Below are positions 8,524 through 17,800 of a DNA stretch of 40,936 nucleotides, in pieces. Origin of the DNA: a virus; IMG/VR virus record IMGVR_UViG_3300002042_000002, positions 1 to 40,936 of that record; one strand, written 5' to 3'. The translations under genes were made by a program, and so were the position numbers. The notes under the pieces were generated by a model. That model did not search any database. It was given only the letters and a program-made list of their open reading frames with translations, and had not been told where the DNA came from. Position 1 is the first letter of the stretch, and each line of letters opens with the position of its first letter.

Positions 8524-8970
8524 GTGTTTAAAACGGAGTTAAAAGGCGGGAAGGAGATGGAAGATCTCCTGTTCTCACTCAAAGGCGCAACGGCCAAGGC
8601 CTTAACGCGCCGCTCCATGATTAAGAGCCTCGAGCCTGTCCGCGTCTTTGCTGAGTTTAAAGCACCGGAACGGATCGGGGTTCTTCGTTCAAATATAAAA
8701 ATATCTTCCAAGGCCAAGCCTCGGGCGAGAAAAAGATCCGACGTCGAAGTCTATGTAGGGCCGGATAGATCTGTAAGACATGCAATCCCGCAAGAGTTCG
8801 GAACTATCAATCACAGCCCCTCGCCTTATATGCGCCCGGCATGGGACGCTAAGAAGTTCGAAGTTTTAGTTAAATTTGAAGGTGAAATGTGGGATCAACT
8901 CTACACAGCTATAGAGAGACAAGAGCGCAAGATCGCGCGTGAAGCTGAGAAATTAAAGAGGACTTCGTAA
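8524..8970 (+). CDS. HK97 gp10-family tail-attachment/neck protein
   Basis: 148 aa. The QEFGT....PSPYMRPAWD motif and an N-terminal L..G..ME..L region are characteristic of the HK97 gp10 family. The start is GTG. Confidence 0.7.
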   Translation: MFKTELKGGKEMEDLLFSLKGATAKALTRRSMIKSLEPVRVFAEFKAPERIGVLRSNIKISSKAKPRARKRSDVEVYVGPDRSVRHAIPQEFGTINHSPSPYMRPAWDAKKFEVLVKFEGEMWDQLYTAIERQERKIAREAEKLKRTS

Positions 8971-9404
8971 TGCAACAAGATTATATAGATCATCTTCACG
9001 CTTCAGAGACTTTACAAGCTTTGCTCGGATCTCATAGCAAGCATGAAACGCCTTTAATCAACTGGGTAACTCGCCCGGATAAAGAAGGCCTTCCGGCTAT
9101 GACGCTCGAGACTATATCCACTGTAGGGCAGTACGCGCAGGGCGGCCGAAGTAACGAAGAGCCTACTCGGATCCAGCACGATATCTGGGCTAATAGCTAT
9201 CTCGAGGCTCGTAAGATTGCGAAGGCTCTTCGAGATTATATAGATCCCCGCGCGGATTTTGCAGACGTCGAAGTAGGCGACACTCGCTTCCATAGGATCT
9301 TCTTTGACGCAGATAGAGATCTTCCGGTACAAGACTTACAAGGCGGAGAGCGGATCTATCATATCGCTATCGACGCTGAAATATGGCACTATAATATCGC
9401 TTAA
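8970..9404 (+). CDS. Tail terminator / tail completion protein (DUF3168-like)
   Basis: 144 aa, TAATG overlap with the upstream gene. The LQALLGS....W......GLPAMTLETIS ... IQHDIWANSY pattern and its position just before the major tail gene support the call. Confidence 0.55.
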   Translation: MQQDYIDHLHASETLQALLGSHSKHETPLINWVTRPDKEGLPAMTLETISTVGQYAQGGRSNEEPTRIQHDIWANSYLEARKIAKALRDYIDPRADFADVEVGDTRFHRIFFDADRDLPVQDLQGGERIYHIAIDAEIWHYNIA

Positions 9405-9479
9405 ATATTCCCCCTTGTGAATTTTGTTTTTATCTGTCAATTTGCGCGAAAGTTTTACTGTCACTAAACGGAGCTCGTA

Positions 9480-9920
9480 ATGTCAAATGTAGACGGAATT
9501 ATCGGCGGCGGAATTGTCCTAAGCCTCACAAATAGCGGAGCAACGCTACAAGCAATCCTCGGACTTATGACTTGTACGCCTCCTAATACTACTGCGGCGA
9601 CAGTTGATAGTACGGATCAGAGCTCCGGAAATGTGGACGAGTTTATCGTCTCTCGTATTAACCCCGGCGAAATGACCGGGACTATTAAATACGTTCCGGG
9701 CAATCCAGACGATCTTCTATTTAAAGAGCACTTGATCTCTAGAGAGAAGCGGGCTGTCCAGTTAGATAATCCTTCGGCCGCGCCTATCGCTACTCAGCGA
9801 CTAGCTGGCGTCGGCGCTGTGACGGCTTACACCCCTAACGACGGATCTATCGACGGTATTCGGACTTCTTCTTTCACTATTAAAATCTCTGGATTGCCTA
9901 CTGAAGGCGACGCCACTTAA
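9480..9920 (+). CDS. Major tail (tube) protein
   Basis: 146 aa with a GGAG RBS. It lies immediately upstream of the chaperone pair and tape measure. It is Thr/Gly-rich and looks beta-rich (GEMTGTIKYVPGNPDD). Confidence 0.7.
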   Translation: MSNVDGIIGGGIVLSLTNSGATLQAILGLMTCTPPNTTAATVDSTDQSSGNVDEFIVSRINPGEMTGTIKYVPGNPDDLLFKEHLISREKRAVQLDNPSAAPIATQRLAGVGAVTAYTPNDGSIDGIRTSSFTIKISGLPTEGDAT

Positions 9921-9924
9921 GATT

Positions 9925-10245
9925 ATGAGCTCAGGAAAGTCAGTCCCCTTCGGAGACTATAAACTCGAATTTAATTTTAATGCCATGTGCGACGCGGAGG
10001 AGGTTCTCGGGCCTCTCCCCGAGCTTGCTCGTGATCGTGTAAGATTTGAAGCGGCTAAAACAGTGCGGGCTCTATTATGGGCTATGCTCCTCGAGCACCA
10101 TCCGGAAACAACGCTGAAGGAAGCCGGGGCGATTGTTGAAAAAGTCGGCCTCGATAAAGCCGACGCCGCCGTTAATGCGGCCTTTGTGAAGGCTTACCCG
10201 GACGCTTTCGACGAAGACGGAAATCCTAAAAAAAAACAGAAGTAG
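9925..10245 (+). CDS. Tail assembly chaperone (lambda gpG analogue)
   Basis: 106 aa ending in an A9 run 7 nt before its stop. It lies between the major tail gene and the tape measure. The N-terminus FGDYKLEFNFNAMCDAEEVLG resembles GTA/siphovirus chaperones. Confidence 0.8.
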   Translation: MSSGKSVPFGDYKLEFNFNAMCDAEEVLGPLPELARDRVRFEAAKTVRALLWAMLLEHHPETTLKEAGAIVEKVGLDKADAAVNAAFVKAYPDAFDEDGNPKKKQK

Positions 10246-10595
10246 ACGACAGCCCTAAAGGAGGGCTTCGTTTCTACATGACGCTCCTTAGTGACTGGGC
10301 GGAGTGTGGATTTTCTGAAGCCGACTTCTGGAAGCAGACACATCGTACTTACGAGGCTATTATGATCGGCGCTCGTAGAGCTAATTATCAGCGCCATAAC
10401 AGAGCTGTTATTACGGCATTTTTGACGGCCGTCTTCATAAAGTCAAAAGATCCAGATCCTAAGAATTATCTCGTAGACTTGAAAACTGGCTCGCCTCAGA
10501 ATAAGGCTGAGACAGGAAATAAAGAACAGCTCCCCGCTCAAGAGGCTCTAGCTCAATGGTGGGACTTATTCGCTGTCTCTGCAAAGAAAGGTTAA
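9925..10595 (+). CDS. Tail assembly chaperone, -1 frameshift fusion product (lambda gpGT analogue)
   Basis: It joins 9925..10236 with 10236..10595. The junction would read ...NPKKK/TEVDDSPKGGLRFYMTLLSDW.... Confidence 0.7.
10228..10236 (+). promoter_or_regulatory. Slippery A-run for -1 programmed ribosomal frameshift
   Basis: CCT AAA AAA AAA CAG. The -1 frame opens exactly at 10230 (TAA at 10227-10229) and stays open through 10595. Confidence 0.8.
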
Positions 10596-10599
10596 GGCC

Positions 10600-13188
10600 A
10601 TGGCAGGAAGCGCAACAATCGGAGCTCTAAGAGCTGTCTTCGGCGCAGATACGGCCGCTTTTGAAAAAGGCGTTACGCGCGTCCAGAGAGATATTAAGAA
10701 GACGACAAAGTCTTTTCAGAGAATGGGAAAGAAGATCTCCGGTATCGGCCGGACTATGTCTGTCGGAATTACAGCTCCTCTCGCCCTTATAGGTGTAACG
10801 TCTCTTAAGGCTGGAGCGCAACATGCGGAGGCTATGGCTCAGGTAGAGGCTGGCTTAAAGTCTATGGGAGACGCTTCCGGGAAATCTCTAGACGGATTAC
10901 AGAAGAACGCTGAGGCTCTGGAAGGGCTCAGCAACTTTAACGCCGACGACGTCCTCCGGAAAGTCACTGCAAATATGCTAACCTTCGGAAACATTTCCGG
11001 GACTGAGTTTGATCGAGCGCAACAGGCGGCCGTAGATCTCTCAGAGAGATTAGATCAAGATCTCAAAACCTCGACGATTGCTGTCGGTAAAGCTCTTAAC
11101 GATCCTGTCCTCGGGCTTACAGCACTGTCTCGAGTAGGGATCCAGTTTACTAATGAGCAGAAGGAGCTCGTTAAAGGCATGGTAAAAGCCGGGGACGTTG
11201 CCGGAGCTCAGGGCGTTATCCTCGCCGAATTAGAGAAACAGTACGCCGGATCCGCCAAGGCCGCGCAGGACGCAGTCCCCGGCTCGGATCTACAGGACGC
11301 ATACGCTCGCTTCTCTCGTGTTGTTGGCGAGCTCGCCTTACAGGTTCTTCCTCCATTAACGGCCGCTCTGACTTCCGTCCTCGATAAATTTAACAATCTC
11401 TCGCCGGGAATGCGTAAGACGATTGTCATAGCAGGCGGCGTATTAGCCGCTATCGGGCCTATCGTTTCAATCGTGGGGACGCTGGTAACAGTTCTGGCTC
11501 CTCTCTCAGCGGCCTTCGCTGTATTATCCGGAGCGACAGCCCTCGGAGGCACTGCGGCCGCTCTCGTCGCAATCCTCGGCCCTCTAGGGCTAGTGGCCGC
11601 CGGACTTACGGCGCTGTATATGGGATATAAAACTCTAGCTCCTGCAATACGGGATAATAAAAAAGCTAGAGACGAGCTCTACGGAGTGATCGGAGATAAC
11701 GAAAGTCTCCTTAATAGAGAGAAGGCGACGACGCTCGCCGGAGCTCGAGCTCAGCTTACAGAGGCGAAGGCTATCCGGGAGAATATTAAAGCCCGCCTCG
11801 AGCAACAAGAGGCGATCTTAAAGAAGCAGGCTAAAGGTTTCGTCGCGCTCAATTCTAACAGTATTGGCCGAGGGTTAGGACAGCTCGGACTTAATAAGAA
11901 AATAGCGGAGAACATGTCTAAAACCGCTATGGCCGTAAAAGACGCTCGTAAGGCTCTTATGGCAAATGAGAAAGCCTCCGCAGATCTACAGGCGCAATAC
12001 GACGCCCTCAGCGGCTCAGCAAAAGGGTTAGCAGGATCTACGGGCGAAATGACCGCAGAACAGCGTAAGGCCATTCTCGCCGCTCAGGAAGCCGCAGAAG
12101 CTACAGCTAAAAGATCTAAAGAGCTAATGGACGCTCATAAGTCTTTAACAGCTTCGACGGCCGAGGAGATCCAGAATAACGAGAAGCTGACAGAGGCTCT
12201 TAAAGTTTCACAGCGCGAGTACGAAATTACGGCCGAAAAGATCGCTCTTGTTGAACAAGGTTTTCAAGGGACAGACGCCGCCGCTCGAGATCTCGCTATC
12301 TCTCTAATTGATAGCCGGGCGTCTTTCGACGAAGTAAAGTCTTCAGTAGACGCTCAGGCCGCCGCTCTGGAAGAAGCAAAGCAAAAAGCGATAGATTACG
12401 CCGAAGAAGTAGAAAGGGCCGCTCAGCGAGCCGCAGAAGCTCATAACAGCGTTGTCTCCAGTTACGAAAAGGAGCTGGAGAATAATCAATTATTGATCGA
12501 GGCTCTCCGGATCTCTCAGCGCGAGTATGAAATCACAGCGGAGAAGATCCGTTTAATGGAGCAGGGCTTCACAGGTACGGACGCGGCCGCGCGTAAAATG
12601 GCCGAGACTATTGTCCAGTCTAGAAGTGAGTTAGGCGAGCTTCAAAAGGAGGCCGCTAAAACAGACGCCGCCCTTAAGAAGACGGGAGACACTGGCGTAG
12701 ATGCGTTTTCCCGGACGCTGAATAGCTTCCAGTCATTAATCCAAGGGATAAAGGACGGAGACATAGGATCCATTCTCGGCGGCGTTGCGGACGTTCTAGG
12801 ACAGATCTTCGGCGGTGGATCTTCTGGCGGCGGATCCGGAGGAGGCCTCTCAGGTATCTTCTCCTCGATAACGTCTCTCTTCGGCGGGAAGTCTTCCGGC
12901 GGCGGAGGTGGCGGCATTAGCTCTCTGATATCTTCTTTCTCTCCGAAGACGTCCAGCCTATCTTCTCCTAAAGGATCTTCGTTCTCTACTAATAAGGCGC
13001 GAATGCCTCAGGGCGGATCTGTGGTTAAGGTTGATATCTCTACGAATAAATTCCTAGACACAGAGATCGACAAGCGGGCGGCCACTGTCGCCGCTCCTAT
13101 CGCTGAGATCACGACTGTTAAGGGCGTTTCAGAATACAATCGGACAGCGTCTCAGTCTGCCCGGCAAAGTCTCAGAAGGGGCCGCTAA
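10600..13188 (+). CDS. Tape measure protein
   Basis: 862 aa, the largest helical protein after the chaperones. It has central hydrophobic segments (VIAGGVLAAIGPIVSIVGTLV...), a 102-aa tandem duplication and a Gly-rich C-terminus. Confidence 0.9.
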   Translation: MAGSATIGALRAVFGADTAAFEKGVTRVQRDIKKTTKSFQRMGKKISGIGRTMSVGITAPLALIGVTSLKAGAQHAEAMAQVEAGLKSMGDASGKSLDGLQKNAEALEGLSNFNADDVLRKVTANMLTFGNISGTEFDRAQQAAVDLSERLDQDLKTSTIAVGKALNDPVLGLTALSRVGIQFTNEQKELVKGMVKAGDVAGAQGVILAELEKQYAGSAKAAQDAVPGSDLQDAYARFSRVVGELALQVLPPLTAALTSVLDKFNNLSPGMRKTIVIAGGVLAAIGPIVSIVGTLVTVLAPLSAAFAVLSGATALGGTAAALVAILGPLGLVAAGLTALYMGYKTLAPAIRDNKKARDELYGVIGDNESLLNREKATTLAGARAQLTEAKAIRENIKARLEQQEAILKKQAKGFVALNSNSIGRGLGQLGLNKKIAENMSKTAMAVKDARKALMANEKASADLQAQYDALSGSAKGLAGSTGEMTAEQRKAILAAQEAAEATAKRSKELMDAHKSLTASTAEEIQNNEKLTEALKVSQREYEITAEKIALVEQGFQGTDAAARDLAISLIDSRASFDEVKSSVDAQAAALEEAKQKAIDYAEEVERAAQRAAEAHNSVVSSYEKELENNQLLIEALRISQREYEITAEKIRLMEQGFTGTDAAARKMAETIVQSRSELGELQKEAAKTDAALKKTGDTGVDAFSRTLNSFQSLIQGIKDGDIGSILGGVADVLGQIFGGGSSGGGSGGGLSGIFSSITSLFGGKSSGGGGGGISSLISSFSPKTSSLSSPKGSSFSTNKARMPQGGSVVKVDISTNKFLDTEIDKRAATVAAPIAEITTVKGVSEYNRTASQSARQSLRRGR

Positions 13189-13784
13189 TGATAAATCTTC
13201 CTACGTCCCCAGCTCCGGCCGATTACGCCGTCACTTTGATAGATTATGGATCTACGCTTACGCCTCCTCTGGGCGGCGCTGAGCAGAGGATTAATCGTCT
13301 AGGCTCTAAGTTCCGCGTAGCTTTCGCTATGCCTCCTATGAGAAATAAGGACGAAGGCCGGGTCTTTGTGTCCCGTCTTATCCGGGGTAAAAGCGAAGGA
13401 GCTCGCATTCCTCTACCTCTCTCTGGGATAGACGTAGGATCTCCCGGATCTCCTGTAATAGCTGGGGCCGCCCAGATCGGCAGGATCATTAATTTCTCAG
13501 GCTTCTCGAGCGGTTATGAAATTAAAGAAGGACAGCCCTTTTCAATTCAAGACGCGGCCGGAACTCATTTCCTGCATTACGCTAGCGCTCCTGCTACGGC
13601 CGACGCTGGAGGGGCGGCTACGATAACAATAGATCCGGCGGTGCGCGTTGTGTTTAATAATAACGCCCCCTGTCATTTTGAAACGCCTATGATAGAAGGC
13701 CTTGTCGAAGGAGATAATCTGGAGTGGGGAATGTCTGTAGATCATCTTCTGCAATTAGAGTTTGCGATAAGAGAGCGAAAGTAA
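13188..13784 (+). CDS. Distal tail / minor tail protein (position of lambda gpM, RcGTA g12)
   Basis: 198 aa, TAATG overlap with the tape measure gene. It is the first gene of the tail-tip cassette. The functional call is by position only. Confidence 0.45.
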   Translation: MINLPTSPAPADYAVTLIDYGSTLTPPLGGAEQRINRLGSKFRVAFAMPPMRNKDEGRVFVSRLIRGKSEGARIPLPLSGIDVGSPGSPVIAGAAQIGRIINFSGFSSGYEIKEGQPFSIQDAAGTHFLHYASAPATADAGGAATITIDPAVRVVFNNNAPCHFETPMIEGLVEGDNLEWGMSVDHLLQLEFAIRERK

Positions 13785-14447
13785 ATGCCATTTACAGGTG
13801 ACTATCCTACAGCGGCAATCTTAATAAAGGTAGAGCTACCCAGTAAGACTATCCGTATCTGCGACGGCGGCCTCGTTCTCTTTTCTGGAGAGGGAGACGC
13901 TACGCCCTATCTATATGAGAGCGAAGATAGCGATTACGGCTCTATCGCTTCAGGAGACGCTCTCACAGAAGGACAGGGAGACGAAGTCCCGGCTTCTGTA
14001 ATAACCTTCCTTCCAAATGGAAACGCCGCTACAGGATCTTTAACGAGCCCAGATATGCAGTGGAGCCCGGTTTCTATGTGGCTTGTCGAGCTGGATCCCA
14101 TGACTGGAGCCGTGATAGATCAAGAGGATTATTTCTTCGGCGTTATCGACATTCCTACATTTAGAGAGGTAGCTGAAGGCCGCGCTGTGGATATGAAGCT
14201 CGTCGCCACAACTGAGTTATTCTTTCAAGTTAACGACGGAAATCGCCTCTCTACGGAAAATCATAACAGAGTGCATCCCGGAGAGCGTGGCCTCGATAAT
14301 ATGACAGGCGTAGAGATTGAAGTTCCGTGGGGAACAGAGCGTCGTCCTCGCAATGCTGGATCTGGAGGATCTGGAGGCGGCGGCGGAGGCGGAGGCGGAG
14401 GCGGATCTCCCGGTGGCGGCGGATATCATTATTTTAATCAGAGATAG
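13785..14447 (+). CDS. Tail tip/hub protein (position of lambda gpL, RcGTA g13) with poly-Gly C-terminus
   Basis: 220 aa. The C-terminus is GSGGSGGGGGGGGGGGSPGGGG. The functional call is by position only. Confidence 0.45.
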   Translation: MPFTGDYPTAAILIKVELPSKTIRICDGGLVLFSGEGDATPYLYESEDSDYGSIASGDALTEGQGDEVPASVITFLPNGNAATGSLTSPDMQWSPVSMWLVELDPMTGAVIDQEDYFFGVIDIPTFREVAEGRAVDMKLVATTELFFQVNDGNRLSTENHNRVHPGERGLDNMTGVEIEVPWGTERRPRNAGSGGSGGGGGGGGGGGSPGGGGYHYFNQR

Positions 14448-14449
14448 CA

Positions 14450-14857
14450 ATGAATACAGATCTCAATATTAGAACGGCGGCTTTTAATGCGACATACGAG
14501 AAGTTTAAGGATCGTCCTTTTGAATGGGGGAAGGTGGACTGTATTAAAGTCTCCCGCTTTCTCGCTCTCCAGTTAAAGCATAAGCCGCCTAGAGCTCCTC
14601 GTTATACAACAGAGATAGGCGCTATCCGCTCACTAAAGAAAATGGGCTTCGACAACTGCGAAGGATTGCTCTCCAGTATGTTCCCTAAAATACCTGTGGC
14701 TCGAGCTCTTGTCGGAGATCTATTGATAGGCGACGGCGAGGGAGGCATGGACGCTGTATTTATTTCCGCAGGCCGACAAATCTTAGGTTTTCACGAGGAC
14801 AGCGACGTCATAGAATTTATACTTCCAGAAAAACTCCGTTGCGCCTATAGACTGTAA
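14450..14857 (+). CDS. Small tail-tip protein, possibly NlpC/P60-like peptidase (position of lambda gpK, RcGTA g14)
   Basis: 135 aa. WGKVDCIKV could hold a catalytic Cys and GFHEDSD a His. The size and position match the tip-cassette peptidase. Confidence 0.4.
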   Translation: MNTDLNIRTAAFNATYEKFKDRPFEWGKVDCIKVSRFLALQLKHKPPRAPRYTTEIGAIRSLKKMGFDNCEGLLSSMFPKIPVARALVGDLLIGDGEGGMDAVFISAGRQILGFHEDSDVIEFILPEKLRCAYRL

Positions 14858-14877
14858 ATAAGTTTAAGAGGTAACGC

Positions 14878-17800
14878 ATGGCGAAAGCGCTAAAAGTCGT
14901 AGGAAAAATAGCTAAAGTAGCCGCCACGGTCTTAGCTTTCATTCCCGGAGGACAGCCCTTCGCCGCCGCCGCCTCTGCTATTGCGGCCGTCGCTACGATT
15001 GGATCTCAGTTATTGGATCGTCCGGAGCCTGCGGGAGGAAGCCCCAGTAAGACGCTGATAGATACGGCCGCCGCTTCCCCTTACATTATGGGAAGATTTA
15101 GATCCGGCGGCGTCCTCGTGCATGATGCGGCCCACGGCGCAGACTATAAGAAGATCCCTAACCCTAACCGCTCATTAGTTTATGTTTATTCAGATTGTGG
15201 CCCTGTTCAAGAGGTCGAAGGGCTCTGGAGCGACGGATCCTTTATCGTCTCTCAGGGACTTTCTTCGTCGTCTGCTTACTACGGCGACAGCATGGGCTTT
15301 AGTAGACAGCTCGGCCAAGTGCGGGAGACGACGGCTCTATCTGGACTAAACGGATCTATCCCGCGCTGGGGCTTCAGCTATAAGTTATCGGGCAAGGCCG
15401 CAGGACTGGTATCGCTCCGCTGGGATAAGAAGCAAAAGAAGTTTCAAGGCGGCCTCCCAGATCTAACCTCTACGATCAAAGGCGTTAAAGTTTATAGCGC
15501 TAGAGACGACAGCACATATCCGGGCGGATCTGGGCCTTGTCGTCTAGGAGACGAGACAACCTATATCTATTCTACAAATCCTTCGGATCATGCTGTAACC
15601 TATCTTTACGGCCGAAACGTCGAAGGCGAGAAGATCTTTGGCGTTGGCCTTCCTCGGACAGGCATAGATCTTCCTGCATTTGTGGAATGGGCTAACGTCT
15701 GTGACGCTAACGGCTGGGAAGTGAATGGCCGGATCTTCGAGCCTGCCGACAAGTGGAATAACTTTAAGCTTATCCTAGAGGCTGGATCCGCTCGCCCAGC
15801 TCATAACGCAGGCAAGATATCTATTTCCTACGACGCTCCGAAAGTCTCCGTCGCTACTTTCACTATCGCGGATCTCGCCGAAGGAGACATAGAGCTCCCA
15901 GCTACGCAGGGGATCCGCTCAAGAATTAATACCGTTGTCCCTCGCTACATGTCTCCGGCGCATAACTGGGAGTATGTTCCCGGCTCCGCTGTCACGTCTG
16001 CGGCTTATCTTGCCGCCGATACAGAGACTGTCCGCGCAGAGTATCAATACTCTTTAGTCACAGACGCTACTCAGGCCGCCCAGCTCGCAGGATATGACCT
16101 TGTAAACGCTAGAGAGCTGACAGATCTTTCTATGACGTTTAAGCCTGTTATCCGTAGCGTCGGCATAGGTGAAGCTATAACTCTCGACATGGACGAGATA
16201 GGGCTTCAGGGACAATTCGAGCTTGTCTCTAAAAAGCTTAATCCTTTGAATATGACTGTTGACGTTATCCTCCGGACGTTATCCTCCGGCCGTGATCCCT
16301 TCGCGCTAGGAGCGACGACGACGCCTCCGGAAGTTCCTACTCTGCAATTCGGAGAAGATTATGATAGGATCGTTACGGCTTCTACGGGTTTAGATGCCGC
16401 AATCCAAGCGCAGATCGCCCAGTCGTGGACGCGTAATCTCGTCCTTACGGCTTCTAATAATGGGTCTATCACAATTTCAGGACATTCCCGAGTTTATGCT
16501 GACGAAACTTTAGTAGTTACTGGGACAGTTTTAGCGGGTCTTTCCCTTAATACTAGGTACTCAATTTATTACGACGACGCGGATCTCGAAGGCGGATCAG
16601 TAAGCTATGTAGCAACAACAGATCACGCCTCCGCCCAGACAAGCGAGGAGGCACCTTATCGGCATTATGTGGGGTACGCCATAGTCCCGGCCGACGCTTC
16701 CGCCCCAGCTAATTTAGGGTATGCCAGCATCCCTCCCAATGTTGTACCTGAGGAAGTTCCTCTCTCACAATCCGCGCTAGACGCGCAGGCATTGGGCGGC
16801 GTTAATGCTTCAGATATTATCGACGATATATCAGATCTTTTTAATACAGTAGGCATATTCCCCGACGCTCAGGCCAGCGCCGCCGCCGCCGAAGCCGCCG
16901 CCCTTCTCGCGGAGGATGATCGTCTCTTAGCGGAAACAGCCCGCACTTCTGCCCAAGCCGCTGAAGCCGCCGCCGTTAGCGCTCGAGACGACGCTGAGAA
17001 TTTTTCAGCAAGTGCGGCGACGGCGGAGATATTAACCGCAACATATAGAGAAGCAGCGAGGCTATCCGCTGTTAAAAATAGACCTACTACGATGGAAGAA
17101 GGTGGAGAGTATTTTACAGGAAATGTGATATCAGATCCCGCCCTTGCCGCCGACGCCACAAATAGCCCGGCCCTAACAGCGGGATCCGACGCGGACGGAT
17201 TTTACATTAAGAACACTAGCTCCAGCGATCAAAGCGTCAGTTTAGGTCAGAAAGGAATTATCCCTTATATTGTTGGCGCAACGTACAGAGTGACATCAAC
17301 AGCGAAAGCCGTAAACGCCGCTGGGTCTTTTTACCTAAGAGGTCGAATGATATCTAGCGGGTTTACTAATCTAAGTGTTATTCAGGATAACAAAGGTATA
17401 ATATCTACATCTTTAACAGAGTACTCATTTGAGTTCACAGCTCCTCAGTCTCATTACGACGCAGGGGCGAGATATTTTAGAGTAGAGGCTCTTCTTAATT
17501 TTGTCCCCCATGGCTCTGAGCATAAGATTTATTCTTTAGATATTCAGAATATTTCAGATTTAAAAGCCGCTGAAAATCAAGCATTAATAGCGCAGAATAA
17601 CGCCGTCATAACAACTATAGACGCCGCTAGTACCGCTTCAGACAGGACAGCGGTATCCAATTTTAGAAACGAAGCGGAGGCCTTTAAAGACGCGGCGGAA
17701 GCGAGTGCGTTAATAACTACCTCAGATCGCACTATCGCAACGGAGCAAGCGGCTATAGCAACAGCGCAAGCGGAGCTTTCAGCTCGTATAAATCAAAACG

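Noticed and set aside
10278-10595. Stand-alone 105-aa gene between the chaperone and the tape measure
   Set aside because: It lies in the -1 frame of the chaperone, and that frame opens exactly in the A9 slippery run. It is interpreted as the frameshift extension (gpT-like part), not an independently initiated gene.
12060-12670. Repeats as a possible CRISPR array or DGR template/variable repeat pair
   Set aside because: The repeats are an in-frame 306-nt coding duplication within the tape measure gene. There is no reverse transcriptase, no cas gene and no short repeat-spacer periodicity anywhere in the window.
1819-17159. Many antisense or out-of-frame track ORFs inside large genes, for example 1819..2055(-), 3129..3537(-), 4290..4885(-), 4375..4578(+), 6105..6302(-), 7558..7789, 9054..9332(-), 10627..12917(-), 13244..13754(-), 14217..14450(-) and 16665..17159(-)
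   Set aside because: Each lies wholly within a well-supported virion gene with recognisable family motifs. Their translations are low-complexity or Arg/Ser/Pro-rich, which is typical of shadow frames. None has a convincing RBS.
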